DNA of 64,000 bases from an uncultured Clostridia bacterium (GTDB lineage: Bacteria > Bacillota > Clostridia > TANB77 > CAG-508). Below are positions 41,574 through 51,881 of this stretch, in pieces (within the stretch, counting starts at the first letter, position 1; the number at the start of each line of letters is the position of its first letter). Below the pieces are notes generated by a model. The model did not search any database, was not told where the DNA came from, and worked only from the letters and a program-made list of their open reading frames with translations. Position numbers and translations under genes: made by a program. The DNA lies in assembly GCA_963931445.1 (NCBI GenBank), contig OZ007016.1:1475279-1539278 (forward strand), read 5' to 3'.

Positions 41574-42389
41574 TTACTTATAGAATATTGCAAAATTAGT
41601 TATTATTAAAATAATTATATTAGAAACGCACATATAAAATCCTATAGGAATTTTTGCTGAATCTATTTTTATCTTTTTTACTATTTTGCTTTTTTTAATA
41701 TGTAATTTATAAATTAATAATTGAATTGAAATTGCAAGTAATGTAACTATAATTGTATAAATACATACTAACTCATAAGTATATAAAACTATTAACATGC
41801 ATAATATTAAAATGTCGATTGTATAACTATCCTTTCCTTTTTTTCTTAAATACGTTACAGAAAATAATAATAAAATACATGATAATATTAAATAAATAAC
41901 ATATCTATAAATACTAGTGTCATTTTCTACTATGTATAGATATATCATATATATTGCAACACAAATAAAGCCAAATAGTAAAACTGGCTTTTCTATTTTA
42001 ATTTTTTCTTTATCAATTCCTCCTATAATAAATAAAGTTGATATATATAATAATCCTATAATTAAATATGTTAATAACTGCCCATTTATAGTAAGTAAAC
42101 TTGTTTTAATTGAAAGAGCAAATAATACAAAAACGACTCCTGATAATATTTCAAGTAAAATATATCTTGGTCTTATTTTTTCTTTACAATATCTACATTT
42201 TCCTCCTAAAAAAGTATAACTTAATATTGGTATCATATCTAAAAATGATAACCTATGATTACACTTTGGGCAATAAGAACGAGTATGAAGTATATCTTGT
42301 TTTATTGGAATTCTATATACTGCAAGTGAAAAAAAACTTCCAAAAAGTGTTCCTATAAAGAATATTAACATATATAGTATGTAATCCAT
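41574..42389 (-). CDS. pilD: prepilin peptidase (A24 family)
   Basis: N-terminal CPKC..C..C zinc-binding domain and the polytopic A24 core. Confidence 0.85.
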   Translation of the reverse strand: MDYILYMLIFFIGTLFGSFFSLAVYRIPIKQDILHTRSYCPKCNHRLSFLDMIPILSYTFLGGKCRYCKEKIRPRYILLEILSGVVFVLFALSIKTSLLTINGQLLTYLIIGLLYISTLFIIGGIDKEKIKIEKPVLLFGFICVAIYMIYLYIVENDTSIYRYVIYLILSCILLLFSVTYLRKKGKDSYTIDILILCMLIVLYTYELVCIYTIIVTLLAISIQLLIYKLHIKKSKIVKKIKIDSAKIPIGFYMCVSNIIILIITNFAIFYK

Positions 42390-42493
42390 ATTTTCTCCTT
42401 AATTTTAAAATAGAGATTATACTTAAAATATAATTATATATTTTAAATTATATTAAGTGTATAATCTCATATTTAATAAAATAATTTTAAATC

Positions 42494-42733
42494 TTATTCT
42501 GTTACACTTGGAATTGTACCATTTGCTACAAGATCTTCCATGTATTTTATAGCATCATTTACCATTATTGCTGAATTTTCTGAATCTTGTTGTCCAACTT
42601 CTTTTGCTTTTTCAGCATATGGCATTAATCCACCATTAAAAGCAAATGAAATTGCTACTGTTGCTAATATTATTAGTATAACTATTGTTATTACTAATGC
42701 AACTAAAGTAATACCTTTTTGATTTCTTAACAT
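42494..42733 (-). CDS. pilA: major type IV pilin (short, 79 aa)
   Basis: Leader MLRNQKG|ITLVALVITIVILIILATVAI. Confidence 0.75.
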   Translation of the reverse strand: MLRNQKGITLVALVITIVILIILATVAISFAFNGGLMPYAEKAKEVGQQDSENSAIMVNDAIKYMEDLVANGTIPSVTE

Positions 42734-42808
42734 TTAAAATTCCTCCTTTATTTTTTTGTATATATCTATATAAAATAAATATAACCTAAGTTTATTATGA
42801 ATTAAGTT

Positions 42809-43216
42809 TTACTTAATTCCTTCATCATTAAAAAATGTTTCTGTTGAATTTTTATCTACTGTTTCCGAATTGTTATTTGCATTTGTATTATTTTCATTTT
42901 CTATATTACTATTATTTTCACTAGATAATGCAAATGGATTTGCTTTACCTTCTGAATAACTTCCACTTTGTTTGTATATATTTAAATCAGAATCTGTAAC
43001 TTCATAAGTTACTTCAATTTTTTCTGATTCAGTTATTTCTTCTTCTATTTCATTTTTTACTTCATCAGGTGTAATATATGCTTCTTTCTCTGGTATAACT
43101 TTATTTATAGGAATATAGTCATAAAATAATATTCCTAATATTAATATTATTGCTATACTCAAGAGTAATATTATGACAATTTCCTTTATTACAGATTTTA
43201 TCATATTTTCCTCCAT
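42809..43216 (-). CDS. hypothetical membrane-anchored protein in the pilus operon
   Basis: Single N-terminal TM and an acidic, Asn-rich C-terminus. Confidence 0.4.
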   Translation of the reverse strand: MEENMIKSVIKEIVIILLLSIAIILILGILFYDYIPINKVIPEKEAYITPDEVKNEIEEEITESEKIEVTYEVTDSDLNIYKQSGSYSEGKANPFALSSENNSNIENENNTNANNNSETVDKNSTETFFNDEGIK

Positions 43217-43222
43217 TTCTAT

Positions 43223-43885
43223 TTATTGAGTAACTTCATTTGTTGTATTTTCTGATACATTATTTTCAGTTTCTTCATTTGTCTGCTTAACTTCTTCTGT
43301 GGTATTTTCTAATTTTATTTTTATATCTGTAACATTAAATGTTGCTTTTAAATTTTCTCCATCAGGTGTTAATATAAAATCATTTACTCTAAAATTAAGT
43401 TCACTATCTTCTTCTATTGCTGATATAAATTCAATAATTCCTACATATTTTCCAACCACTGTAAAATTTAAATCTTTTGTTATTTTATCACCTGCTGTTC
43501 CTTCTTTAATGTCTAGTTTTAGATTAACTCCTTCTTTTCTTGCATGTCTACCTATTTTTACCCATAAATATTCTATATTGTACATTTCTTCTGTATTTGC
43601 TTTATTTATTTCATTTTCTGTACTTATATTTGCTAATTTATAATAACTTTCTTTATTTGTCAATAATAATTCAACATTTTGATTTAATTCTGACTTTTTT
43701 GATTGTAAGTCACTTTTTATTTTTTTGTTAGTTTCATTTATTTTATTTGTTAAATCATTATTTAATTCTATAATTTGAGATACGCCTAATACTTGAAATG
43801 TACTTATTGATAATCCTTGAAACATAGCAAAATATGCCAAAACAATTAATAATATTAGTAATATTAAAATCAAAAATTTTCTCAT
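43223..43885 (-). CDS. pilO: PilO-like pilus assembly protein
   Basis: N-terminal TM, coiled coil, and position after pilMN. Confidence 0.55.
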   Translation of the reverse strand: MRKFLILILLILLIVLAYFAMFQGLSISTFQVLGVSQIIELNNDLTNKINETNKKIKSDLQSKKSELNQNVELLLTNKESYYKLANISTENEINKANTEEMYNIEYLWVKIGRHARKEGVNLKLDIKEGTAGDKITKDLNFTVVGKYVGIIEFISAIEEDSELNFRVNDFILTPDGENLKATFNVTDIKIKLENTTEEVKQTNEETENNVSENTTNEVTQ

Positions 43886-45498
43886 GGCATATCCCCCTCT
43901 ATTACAATCTTAACAAACTCTTCTTGTTTTTCTCCTTGTGTTGAAACTACATTTTTTAAAATTCCATCTTCTTTAAGTTTTGCTTTAAAATATCCAAGTT
44001 CATCATAATATTTTGATTGTGCATTTATTACTATATGTTTATTATTATTAGCTGATGTATTCTCAATTTCTGTTATTTGAACTTGTTGAGGTATTACAGC
44101 CATTATTCTTATTAATAAGTTAGGAATAGAGCCCTTCATATTTAAATTATCTTCTACTTTATCATTAATATCTCTAAGATTGTTTTCCATGTCTTTATAT
44201 TTACTTGCCTTTTGTTTCGTAGCATTTATATCATTGTCAACTAATTGTATTTGATTATCTGTATATTGTGCTACATCTTCTGCATCTGATATTTTATAAT
44301 TTATTTGTTTATTTATATAAATAGAAAATAATGAATACAGAATTGTAAGTATTAATACTCCTGATGTCATTCTTAATAACCATTTTTCCGTATTATCAAG
44401 TTTTCCTTTTAAGCTAAAATCAATATTATGACTCTTTTTTTCTTTTTTAGTAAGACTCATATCTAATTTAAGCCATTCTGGTAATTGATCTGCAAAGCTT
44501 GTTTTTTTAAAATTCATATTTTTTATTCCATACCCTAAGCCTTGCATTGCAATAGCTATAGCAGAATTTACTTCGATATAATCTTTAATGTTTATTTTTA
44601 AATTTTCTGTTACAAAATATGGTTTTAATATTTCACATTTTTCATTGGTAAAAAATTCTTGAAAATATAAGTCTATATTGTTAACCACTGACATAGTTCC
44701 AGTTATATAAATTTTTTCATATTTAATAGTTGAATTTGCAATATATTCTTGTATATTTGTAACTATTTTGTATAAGGTTGGCATTATATAATTTAAGTTT
44801 TCATTTTCTTCTTCTTGAAGTTCTTTTCCTTCCATTGTATATATTGTGGATTCTTTACAAATTTCATATGCTTTTAAATATGAATTCTCTTTACTTGCTA
44901 TTTGACTTAATATTTCTTCAGATCCAAATTCCAATTTTTGAATATCATACACCTTTTGATTTATAATACTAGTAATCGTTGTTTGGCCTTCAATATTAAC
45001 TATTAATATATTTTCTTTTGGTTTTATAGAAGCAACATTTGATATGCTTGTACCAATTGGAGTAATTGTTGATAGTTTATAATTTACCATTGATTGTGTT
45101 GTTTTTGAAATTGAAGATTTATCTGATGAAATATGAATTATTTTTACTTTATCTTTATCATTAATTTCATTAGATATAGCATATCTTGTTTCAAAAGCAT
45201 TTTTGTTAATTTTTTTATCATAACAATATGATTCAAATTCTGTGTCAATTGCTTTTTTTAAATCGTTTTTATTTAGTAGACTAAACATATAAAAATAATT
45301 ATATGCTTCTTCTGCTAAATTAACACTAATTGGTATATTGTAACTAAAAGTTTCAGATACTATTTGTTCAAGTGCCTCTCCTATTTTTTCATAAAATTTA
45401 ACTCCAAAAGCTTCTACTTTTAAAATTTCTCTTTCCTTAGTTACTTTTGCATATTTAATTACATTTTTTTCTATATACAATCCTAAACAACTTGACAT
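43882..45498 (-). CDS. pilM: PilM (actin-like ATPase) fused to a PilN-like TM/coiled-coil region
   Basis: N-terminal PilM/FtsA-like fold followed by TM and coiled coil. The fusion is as seen in Gram-positive T4P loci. Confidence 0.65.
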   Translation of the reverse strand: MSSCLGLYIEKNVIKYAKVTKEREILKVEAFGVKFYEKIGEALEQIVSETFSYNIPISVNLAEEAYNYFYMFSLLNKNDLKKAIDTEFESYCYDKKINKNAFETRYAISNEINDKDKVKIIHISSDKSSISKTTQSMVNYKLSTITPIGTSISNVASIKPKENILIVNIEGQTTITSIINQKVYDIQKLEFGSEEILSQIASKENSYLKAYEICKESTIYTMEGKELQEEENENLNYIMPTLYKIVTNIQEYIANSTIKYEKIYITGTMSVVNNIDLYFQEFFTNEKCEILKPYFVTENLKINIKDYIEVNSAIAIAMQGLGYGIKNMNFKKTSFADQLPEWLKLDMSLTKKEKKSHNIDFSLKGKLDNTEKWLLRMTSGVLILTILYSLFSIYINKQINYKISDAEDVAQYTDNQIQLVDNDINATKQKASKYKDMENNLRDINDKVEDNLNMKGSIPNLLIRIMAVIPQQVQITEIENTSANNNKHIVINAQSKYYDELGYFKAKLKEDGILKNVVSTQGEKQEEFVKIVIEGDMP

Positions 45499-45713
45499 TT
45501 TATTCTCCTTTGTTTTTATTTACACCACTATTATATTTTGCAAAATGTAACAAATAATACTTGTATTTTTTACCTTTTCTAAATTTTCTACAACATAATC
45601 ATAGTTCTGTTAATATTTTACCTTTTTTTTTTCAAAAGTCAATAATTATTGTTTTTTTTAACATAAATGTAATATTTTTGTAATATTTTTGTAATATTAC
45701 AAAAAATATAATT

Positions 45714-46526
45714 TTAAATTCGTACAAATGCAAGAATTAATATTATTATTCCAAATATCATTCTATATATTGCAAAAATTTTAAAACTGCCCTTCTTTAG
45801 ATAATTTAAAAGCCATTTTATAACAATTATTCCTACTATAAAACTTGTAAATACTCCTATAAAAAATGGTATACTAAAAATAAATTCTCCTTCTATAAGC
45901 TTAAGCATACTAGCTGCAAAGACAATTGGTGTTGATAACATAAAAGAATACTTTGCAACAGATTCTCTATCTACGCCCATTGCTCTTCCAACAGTCATAG
46001 TTATGCCAGATCTAGAAACTCCTGGTACAAATGCTAAGCATTGTGAAAGTCCTATTAAAAAACTTTGTTTAAAATTCATATTTTCATAGTTTGTATTAGA
46101 TTTTGCTTTTTTATCAACCAAATATAAAATAATTCCCATTACTATTAATGAAATGGCAATTATTATTGGTTGTTTTAATGCATCACCTGCAAATTTATCT
46201 AATATTAAACCAATTATACCACTTGGTATTGTTGCAATAACTAAATACCAAAACATTCTTCCTTCAGTTGTTTTTTCTTTTTTTATTACTTGATTATATC
46301 CGCCAATAAATAAATTAATCCAATCTTTAAAAAAGAAAATTCCTATTGCTAAAAGTGTTCCAAAATGTAATGCTACATCAAATCCTTCAAATGCTATTTC
46401 AAATTCTGGATTAGATGTCCAATTAAATATCCATGGTATAATATTCAAATGTCCTGAACTAGATATTGGTAATAATTCTGTTAATCCTTGTATAATACCT
46501 AATATTAAAGCTTGTAAAATAGTCAT
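45714..46526 (-). CDS. uppP: undecaprenyl-diphosphatase
   Basis: BacA motifs LPISSSGH and PGVSRSG. Confidence 0.9.
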   Translation of the reverse strand: MTILQALILGIIQGLTELLPISSSGHLNIIPWIFNWTSNPEFEIAFEGFDVALHFGTLLAIGIFFFKDWINLFIGGYNQVIKKEKTTEGRMFWYLVIATIPSGIIGLILDKFAGDALKQPIIIAISLIVMGIILYLVDKKAKSNTNYENMNFKQSFLIGLSQCLAFVPGVSRSGITMTVGRAMGVDRESVAKYSFMLSTPIVFAASMLKLIEGEFIFSIPFFIGVFTSFIVGIIVIKWLLNYLKKGSFKIFAIYRMIFGIIILILAFVRI

Positions 46527-46552
46527 ATTTTTCCTCCTAATTTCAATATAAT

Positions 46553-47401
46553 TTATACTATATTTTTACTAATAATTTTTTTAATGTATTTTGCTGCTGT
46601 TTTTGGTGTTTCTCTTCCTGGAATTCCTAAAGCAACTATTAAATTCATTTTTTCTTTTTGTGCATATTCTTTATCTACTCCACCTGGGCTTGATGCTAAA
46701 TCTATTATTAAGGTATTTTTATCTATTAATTTTAATTCTTTTTTGCCTAAAATTATATATGGAACTGTATTAATTATAATATCAAATTTATTTAAAAAAT
46801 TTTGCAATTCATCATATTTTAGTGGAAAATATCTTTTCTCTCTTATCCAAGCTAAATCACTATCTTTTCTAGCTGTACAATATATATTTGCCCCGAGTGC
46901 ACTGAATCTATCACATAATATTTTTCCAATTTTTCCAAATCCACATATCAATACATTACTTTCGTGAATTGTTTCTTCTCTTTCATTAATTGCAATTTTT
47001 ATTGTTCCTTCAACTGTTGGAATAGCATTTAAAATTGTTAGTTCTTCATCTTCTAATAAATCAATATTATTTATTGTTTTATCATCATAATAATCCTTAG
47101 GAATTTTTCCTGCTATAAAATATTTATTTTTTATTAATTCTTTTAATTTTTGTACTTTTATTTCTTTATCTGAAAATGGTGTATTTACATTTATTCCATC
47201 TTTTGTAAATGGTATACTACTTATTATATATTTTGATGAACTAATGGCTGTTTCTAAATTTGCACAATTTATTATATTTTTTTCTTCTTTGTTATTAAAA
47301 TATTTTTCAATTCCAAATGTATACACTTTATTATTTTCATTTGCATATAGCTGTACTAATCTAATATTTCTTAAATCTCCACCTATTATACATATCTCCA
47401 T
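46553..47401 (-). CDS. dpaA: dipicolinate synthase subunit A (SpoVFA family); no adjacent dpaB
   Basis: Strong similarity to SpoVFA (NAIPTVEGTI, ICGFGKIGK, LIIDLASSPGG..KEYA). Confidence 0.75.
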   Translation of the reverse strand: MEICIIGGDLRNIRLVQLYANENNKVYTFGIEKYFNNKEEKNIINCANLETAISSSKYIISSIPFTKDGINVNTPFSDKEIKVQKLKELIKNKYFIAGKIPKDYYDDKTINNIDLLEDEELTILNAIPTVEGTIKIAINEREETIHESNVLICGFGKIGKILCDRFSALGANIYCTARKDSDLAWIREKRYFPLKYDELQNFLNKFDIIINTVPYIILGKKELKLIDKNTLIIDLASSPGGVDKEYAQKEKMNLIVALGIPGRETPKTAAKYIKKIISKNIV

Positions 47402-47468
47402 AATTTAAAATCACATCCTCATATAATATTTATTCAATTATATGAGGATGGCATGTACTTTATATTTG

Positions 47469-48677
47469 TTAATTTTCTCTTTGTTTTTCCTCTTTTGCTA
47501 TATAATTTTTTCCTAAATTTTTCATCATTGTTAGGTCATCATTATTTAGTTCACTTGTTAATGAACATGTTCTTGATAAATGATTTAATGCCCTTTTCTC
47601 TTTTAATAATAATTTTGTTTTTTTGATTTCTTCTCTTTTCTCTTTTTCTGGCTTTTTCACTTCATTTTTTATAGGAGTAAATACAGTTTCCTTTTGCATT
47701 TTATCATATAGTTTTGGATCAAGTTCTATTGCAATATTCATATAATTAGCTGATTTTTCTTTATCTCCTTTTAAAATAGCTACTTGTGATAAATAATAAT
47801 ATGAACCTGATTCAACATCTTCTCCTTTTAAACTTTCTTTAAAAAACTTTTCTGCTTCTTCCAAATCTCCTGCAATTAATGCTATTTGTCCTAAACTTAA
47901 TTTAGCATTATATAATAATGAATTGATTTCTGCTGCTTTTTCGTAAAATTCCTTTGCTCTTTGAAAATCATTAGTCATTGTATATACCATTCCTAAATTA
48001 TAATATAAATCATAATTTCCTGGATTGTACCTTAATGCATTCATGTAAACATTAATAGCTTCTTTATATCTTTCATTTATATATAATATTTCTCCTAATA
48101 AGTTAGTTGCTTCATAATATTCTGGGTTCTTCTTTAAAATGTCTTGTAACATTATTATTGCTTCTTCAGTTTTTTTATCTTTTTCTAACAATTTAGCTAT
48201 TTTATAATTTAATTTTATATCTTTATTATTTATTTGTGTAGCTCTAATGTATTCATCAACTGCAACAGAATAATTTTCTTCTTTTTCATATATTTCTGCT
48301 AAAGTTTTATGTCCAATATAACTTTCAGGATATTTTTTTATAACTTTAAATAAATATTCTTTTGCCTTTTCTGCATTTCCTGAAGACATTGCAATTTTAG
48401 CTAATGTAATATATAGAATTTCAGGAAAATCTACTTTTTTACTATATTCTAATATTAAAATAATTGCTGGTAATATTATTGACAATATATACATTATTAT
48501 TTTAAATATTATATTTAAATTTATATTAAAAAATAATTCTATAAAATTTATTACTATTCCAACAAATTCTAATCCAAGTATATATACATAAGTTGTGTCA
48601 TTCTTTTTTATAAATCTTCCAAAAACAATAATAAATATAGCAAAAGCCAAAATATTAAAAATTATTTTTTCAATCAA
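47469..48677 (-). CDS. membrane-anchored TPR-repeat protein
   Basis: N-terminal TM helices and multiple TPR repeats. Confidence 0.6.
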   Translation of the reverse strand: MIEKIIFNILAFAIFIIVFGRFIKKNDTTYVYILGLEFVGIVINFIELFFNINLNIIFKIIMYILSIILPAIILILEYSKKVDFPEILYITLAKIAMSSGNAEKAKEYLFKVIKKYPESYIGHKTLAEIYEKEENYSVAVDEYIRATQINNKDIKLNYKIAKLLEKDKKTEEAIIMLQDILKKNPEYYEATNLLGEILYINERYKEAINVYMNALRYNPGNYDLYYNLGMVYTMTNDFQRAKEFYEKAAEINSLLYNAKLSLGQIALIAGDLEEAEKFFKESLKGEDVESGSYYYLSQVAILKGDKEKSANYMNIAIELDPKLYDKMQKETVFTPIKNEVKKPEKEKREEIKKTKLLLKEKRALNHLSRTCSLTSELNNDDLTMMKNLGKNYIAKEEKQREN

Positions 48678-48747
48678 TTATTTTCTCTCCTTTTTGAACC
48701 TAACATATTTAATTTGTATTTTTATCTTTGAGCTTTAAAAAACATTT

Positions 48748-49278
48748 TTAAAATTCAAAATTTTTTTCGTACCTTTTCATACATTTTTCTATTATTTTTT
48801 CTGCTTCTTCTCTTCCTAACATTCTATCTACAGTTGTTGTTTTTCCTTCTAATTGTTTATATACTTCAAAAAAATGTTTTATTTCATCAGATATATGGTT
48901 TGGCAATGCTGAAATATCATTATAGCCATTTAAATATGGATCTTTTTTAGATATTGCAATTATCTTTTCATCTTCTTCTCCACAATCATTCATAATAAGA
49001 ACTCCTATTGGATAACATTCAACTAAAGTAAGAGGTTGAATTTCTTCATTGCATAAAATTAATACATCTAGTGGATCATTATCTTCTGCATAAGTTCTTG
49101 GAATAAATCCATAATTTGTTGGATAATGTGTAGCAGTATAAAGTACCCTATCTAATTTCAACATACCTGTTTCTTTATCTAATTCATATTTGTTTTTTCC
49201 ACCTTTTGAGATTTCTACTACACTTACAAAATCACTTTTGGTAATTCTTTCTTTTTTTATATCATGCCATATATTCAT
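48748..49278 (-). CDS. ppa: inorganic pyrophosphatase (family I)
   Basis: DNDPLDVLIL motif. Confidence 0.85.
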   Translation of the reverse strand: MNIWHDIKKERITKSDFVSVVEISKGGKNKYELDKETGMLKLDRVLYTATHYPTNYGFIPRTYAEDNDPLDVLILCNEEIQPLTLVECYPIGVLIMNDCGEEDEKIIAISKKDPYLNGYNDISALPNHISDEIKHFFEVYKQLEGKTTTVDRMLGREEAEKIIEKCMKRYEKNFEF

Positions 49279-49423
49279 TTTTTCTTAATTTCCTTTCTTT
49301 TATAACTTATATTATTTTAATTTAAATTGCAAAATTTGTCTAGTAGTTTAATAAATATTAGTAATATTTCAAATTAGATAAAATATAAATGAACTTTAAG
49401 GAATCTCCCTAAAGTTCACGATT

Positions 49424-51754
49424 TTAATTATATAATTTTTCTTCAGCCTTTTTTACTGCTTCTCTTTCATCCCAATAATATTGAACGCCTTTTATTTCTT
49501 GATATTGTTCATGTCCTTTTCCTATTAAAAGAATAATGTCTCCTTCTAAAGCATTTTTCATAGCGTATTCTATTGCTTCTTGTCTATCTTTTATTATAAT
49601 ATATTTTCCACTACTTTTATTTAATCCAATTATTATATCATTATTAATAGATTCAATTTCTTCAAAACGAGGATTATCTTCAGTAAGAATAGTTAAACCC
49701 GCATATTTTCCTGATATTTCTCCCATATCATATCTTCTGTCTTTTGCTCTATTGCCTCCACCACCAAAAATGCACACAATTCTTTTTGGTTTGTATTCCA
49801 TTATTGTTTCCATTAAATTTGTCATTTCATCTTCATTGTGAGCATAATCTATTATTAGCTTGTATTTTTCATTAGATACTGCAAGTTCCATTCTTCCTTT
49901 AACATAAGCTGATTCTAATGCCTTTTTCATTGATAATACTTTTATTCCTAATTCATTTGCTATTGTTATAGCGCATAATGAATTATATACTGAAAATCTA
50001 CCTGGAATTGCCACTTCAAATTTATCATTTATTTTTCCTGTTGTATCAAATCCCATTCCCAAAAATTTTTCATTCATAATAAACTTAATGTCTTTAGCTC
50101 TCATATCTACATTTTCAGAATTTATTCCGAATTTTATTATTTCACATGTGTAATTTTCAATAATATTTTGCCAATTTTTATCATCTACATTTATTATTCC
50201 TTTTTTGCATTTTTGAAATAATAAACTCTTACATTTCATATATTCTTCAAAACTTTCATGTTCGTTTGGCCCTATATGTTCGTTAGATATATTTGTAAAT
50301 ACTCCATAATCGAATATAAATCCATCTACTCTATGCATTTTTAATCCTTGAGAAGATACCTCCATAATTGCATATTTACAACCTTCTTCAACCATTTCTC
50401 TAAATAATCTCTGTACATCATAATTTTCAGGTGTTGTATTATGTAGTGATATTTTTCTTTTTCCTATGTATGCACCTATAGTTCCAATTAATCCAGCTTT
50501 TTCTCCATTTTCTTCAATCATCTTTTTTAGAATTGTTGAAGTAGATGTTTTACCTGCTGTTCCTGTTATTCCAACAGTAATTAGATCTTTTGATGGATAT
50601 TTAAAATATGCTGCAGATATTTCTGCCATAGCTTGTCTTGATGATTTTACTTTTAATACTGTTACATCCTCATTTATTTCTACATCTCTTTCTATAATAA
50701 TAACTTTTGCACCTTTTTTTATTGCATCTGGTATATATTTATGCGAATCTGCAGTAAAACCAACCTTTGCTATATATAAATCATCTTTTTCTACTTTATT
50801 TGAATTATCCTTTATATCTGATATATCTACATCTAGACTTCCTTTTATAAGTTCATAATCCACATTTTCCACAAGTTTTCTTAAATTTGTTATTCTATAT
50901 TTTTTTATAATATCATCCACATCAATTTCAGATTCAAATACAGTATGTGATGGTCCTTTCATAAACATTTTACCTGTTTTCTCATCCCAATTTGTTTCCA
51001 AAATTCCACCTATTTGGTGTACACTTACCTTTCTATCACATCTTCCTGTTAAAACTGCTGCAACTGTTGCCGTACAGCATCCTGTTCCACAACCTATTGT
51101 TTCTCCAGTTCCTCTTTCCCATTCTCTCATTTTTATATTGTTTCTGTCTATAACTTGTGCAAATGTAACATTGGTTTTATTCGGAAATATATCTGTTTTA
51201 TACTCTATAGCTTTTCCATATTTCTCTACATCAAAATTATCTACATCATCTATAAACATTACACAATGAGGATTTCCCCATGAAACTGCAGTTATTTTAA
51301 ATGTCTTGTCAAGTATTTTTACCTCTTGTTCTACAAATTCTGGTAATTTTGTATTTACAGGGATTAGACTAGTGTCTAATACAGGTTTGCCAATATTAGC
51401 TTCAATATTAACTGCTTTTCCATTTTCTACAGTTAATTTAACATGTTGAATTCCACCTAAAGTTTCTATTGTTAATTCTTCTTTATCAGTCAATTTATGA
51501 TCATATACATATTTACTTAAAGATCTTAAAGCGTTCCCACACATTTCTCCTTCTGTTCCATCCGGATTAAACATTCTCATTCTGAAATCTGCAACATCTG
51601 ATTTGCAAATTAAAACTAATCCATCAGAACCTACTCCAAAATGTCTATCACTTATATATTTCGCAAGTTCATGTACATTATTTATTTTTTGATTAATTGC
51701 ATCTATATATACATAGTCATTACCATAAGCTTGCATTTTTGTAAATTTTGTCAT
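49424..51754 (-). CDS. fusion protein: diaminopimelate epimerase (DapF) N-terminal plus MurE-type meso-DAP-adding Mur ligase C-terminal
   Basis: The DapF signature (YGNDYVYID, GNPHCVMF, CGTGCC) runs directly, with no stop or new start, into a MurE N-domain and P-loop GITGTAGKTST ending in DNPR. AAGGAGAG RBS lies at the MTKFTKMQ start. Confidence 0.7.
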   Translation of the reverse strand: MTKFTKMQAYGNDYVYIDAINQKINNVHELAKYISDRHFGVGSDGLVLICKSDVADFRMRMFNPDGTEGEMCGNALRSLSKYVYDHKLTDKEELTIETLGGIQHVKLTVENGKAVNIEANIGKPVLDTSLIPVNTKLPEFVEQEVKILDKTFKITAVSWGNPHCVMFIDDVDNFDVEKYGKAIEYKTDIFPNKTNVTFAQVIDRNNIKMREWERGTGETIGCGTGCCTATVAAVLTGRCDRKVSVHQIGGILETNWDEKTGKMFMKGPSHTVFESEIDVDDIIKKYRITNLRKLVENVDYELIKGSLDVDISDIKDNSNKVEKDDLYIAKVGFTADSHKYIPDAIKKGAKVIIIERDVEINEDVTVLKVKSSRQAMAEISAAYFKYPSKDLITVGITGTAGKTSTSTILKKMIEENGEKAGLIGTIGAYIGKRKISLHNTTPENYDVQRLFREMVEEGCKYAIMEVSSQGLKMHRVDGFIFDYGVFTNISNEHIGPNEHESFEEYMKCKSLLFQKCKKGIINVDDKNWQNIIENYTCEIIKFGINSENVDMRAKDIKFIMNEKFLGMGFDTTGKINDKFEVAIPGRFSVYNSLCAITIANELGIKVLSMKKALESAYVKGRMELAVSNEKYKLIIDYAHNEDEMTNLMETIMEYKPKRIVCIFGGGGNRAKDRRYDMGEISGKYAGLTILTEDNPRFEEIESINNDIIIGLNKSSGKYIIIKDRQEAIEYAMKNALEGDIILLIGKGHEQYQEIKGVQYYWDEREAVKKAEEKLYN

Positions 51755-51881
51755 AACTTTTACTCTCCTTATATAAAGTTTTTTGTGCATTTTTAAAATT
51801 CATTAGTGCAAAGTATATATAAAATATTTTAATTCAAAATATTTTATATATACTTTGCACCTAATATTTAAATGCTTTGAC

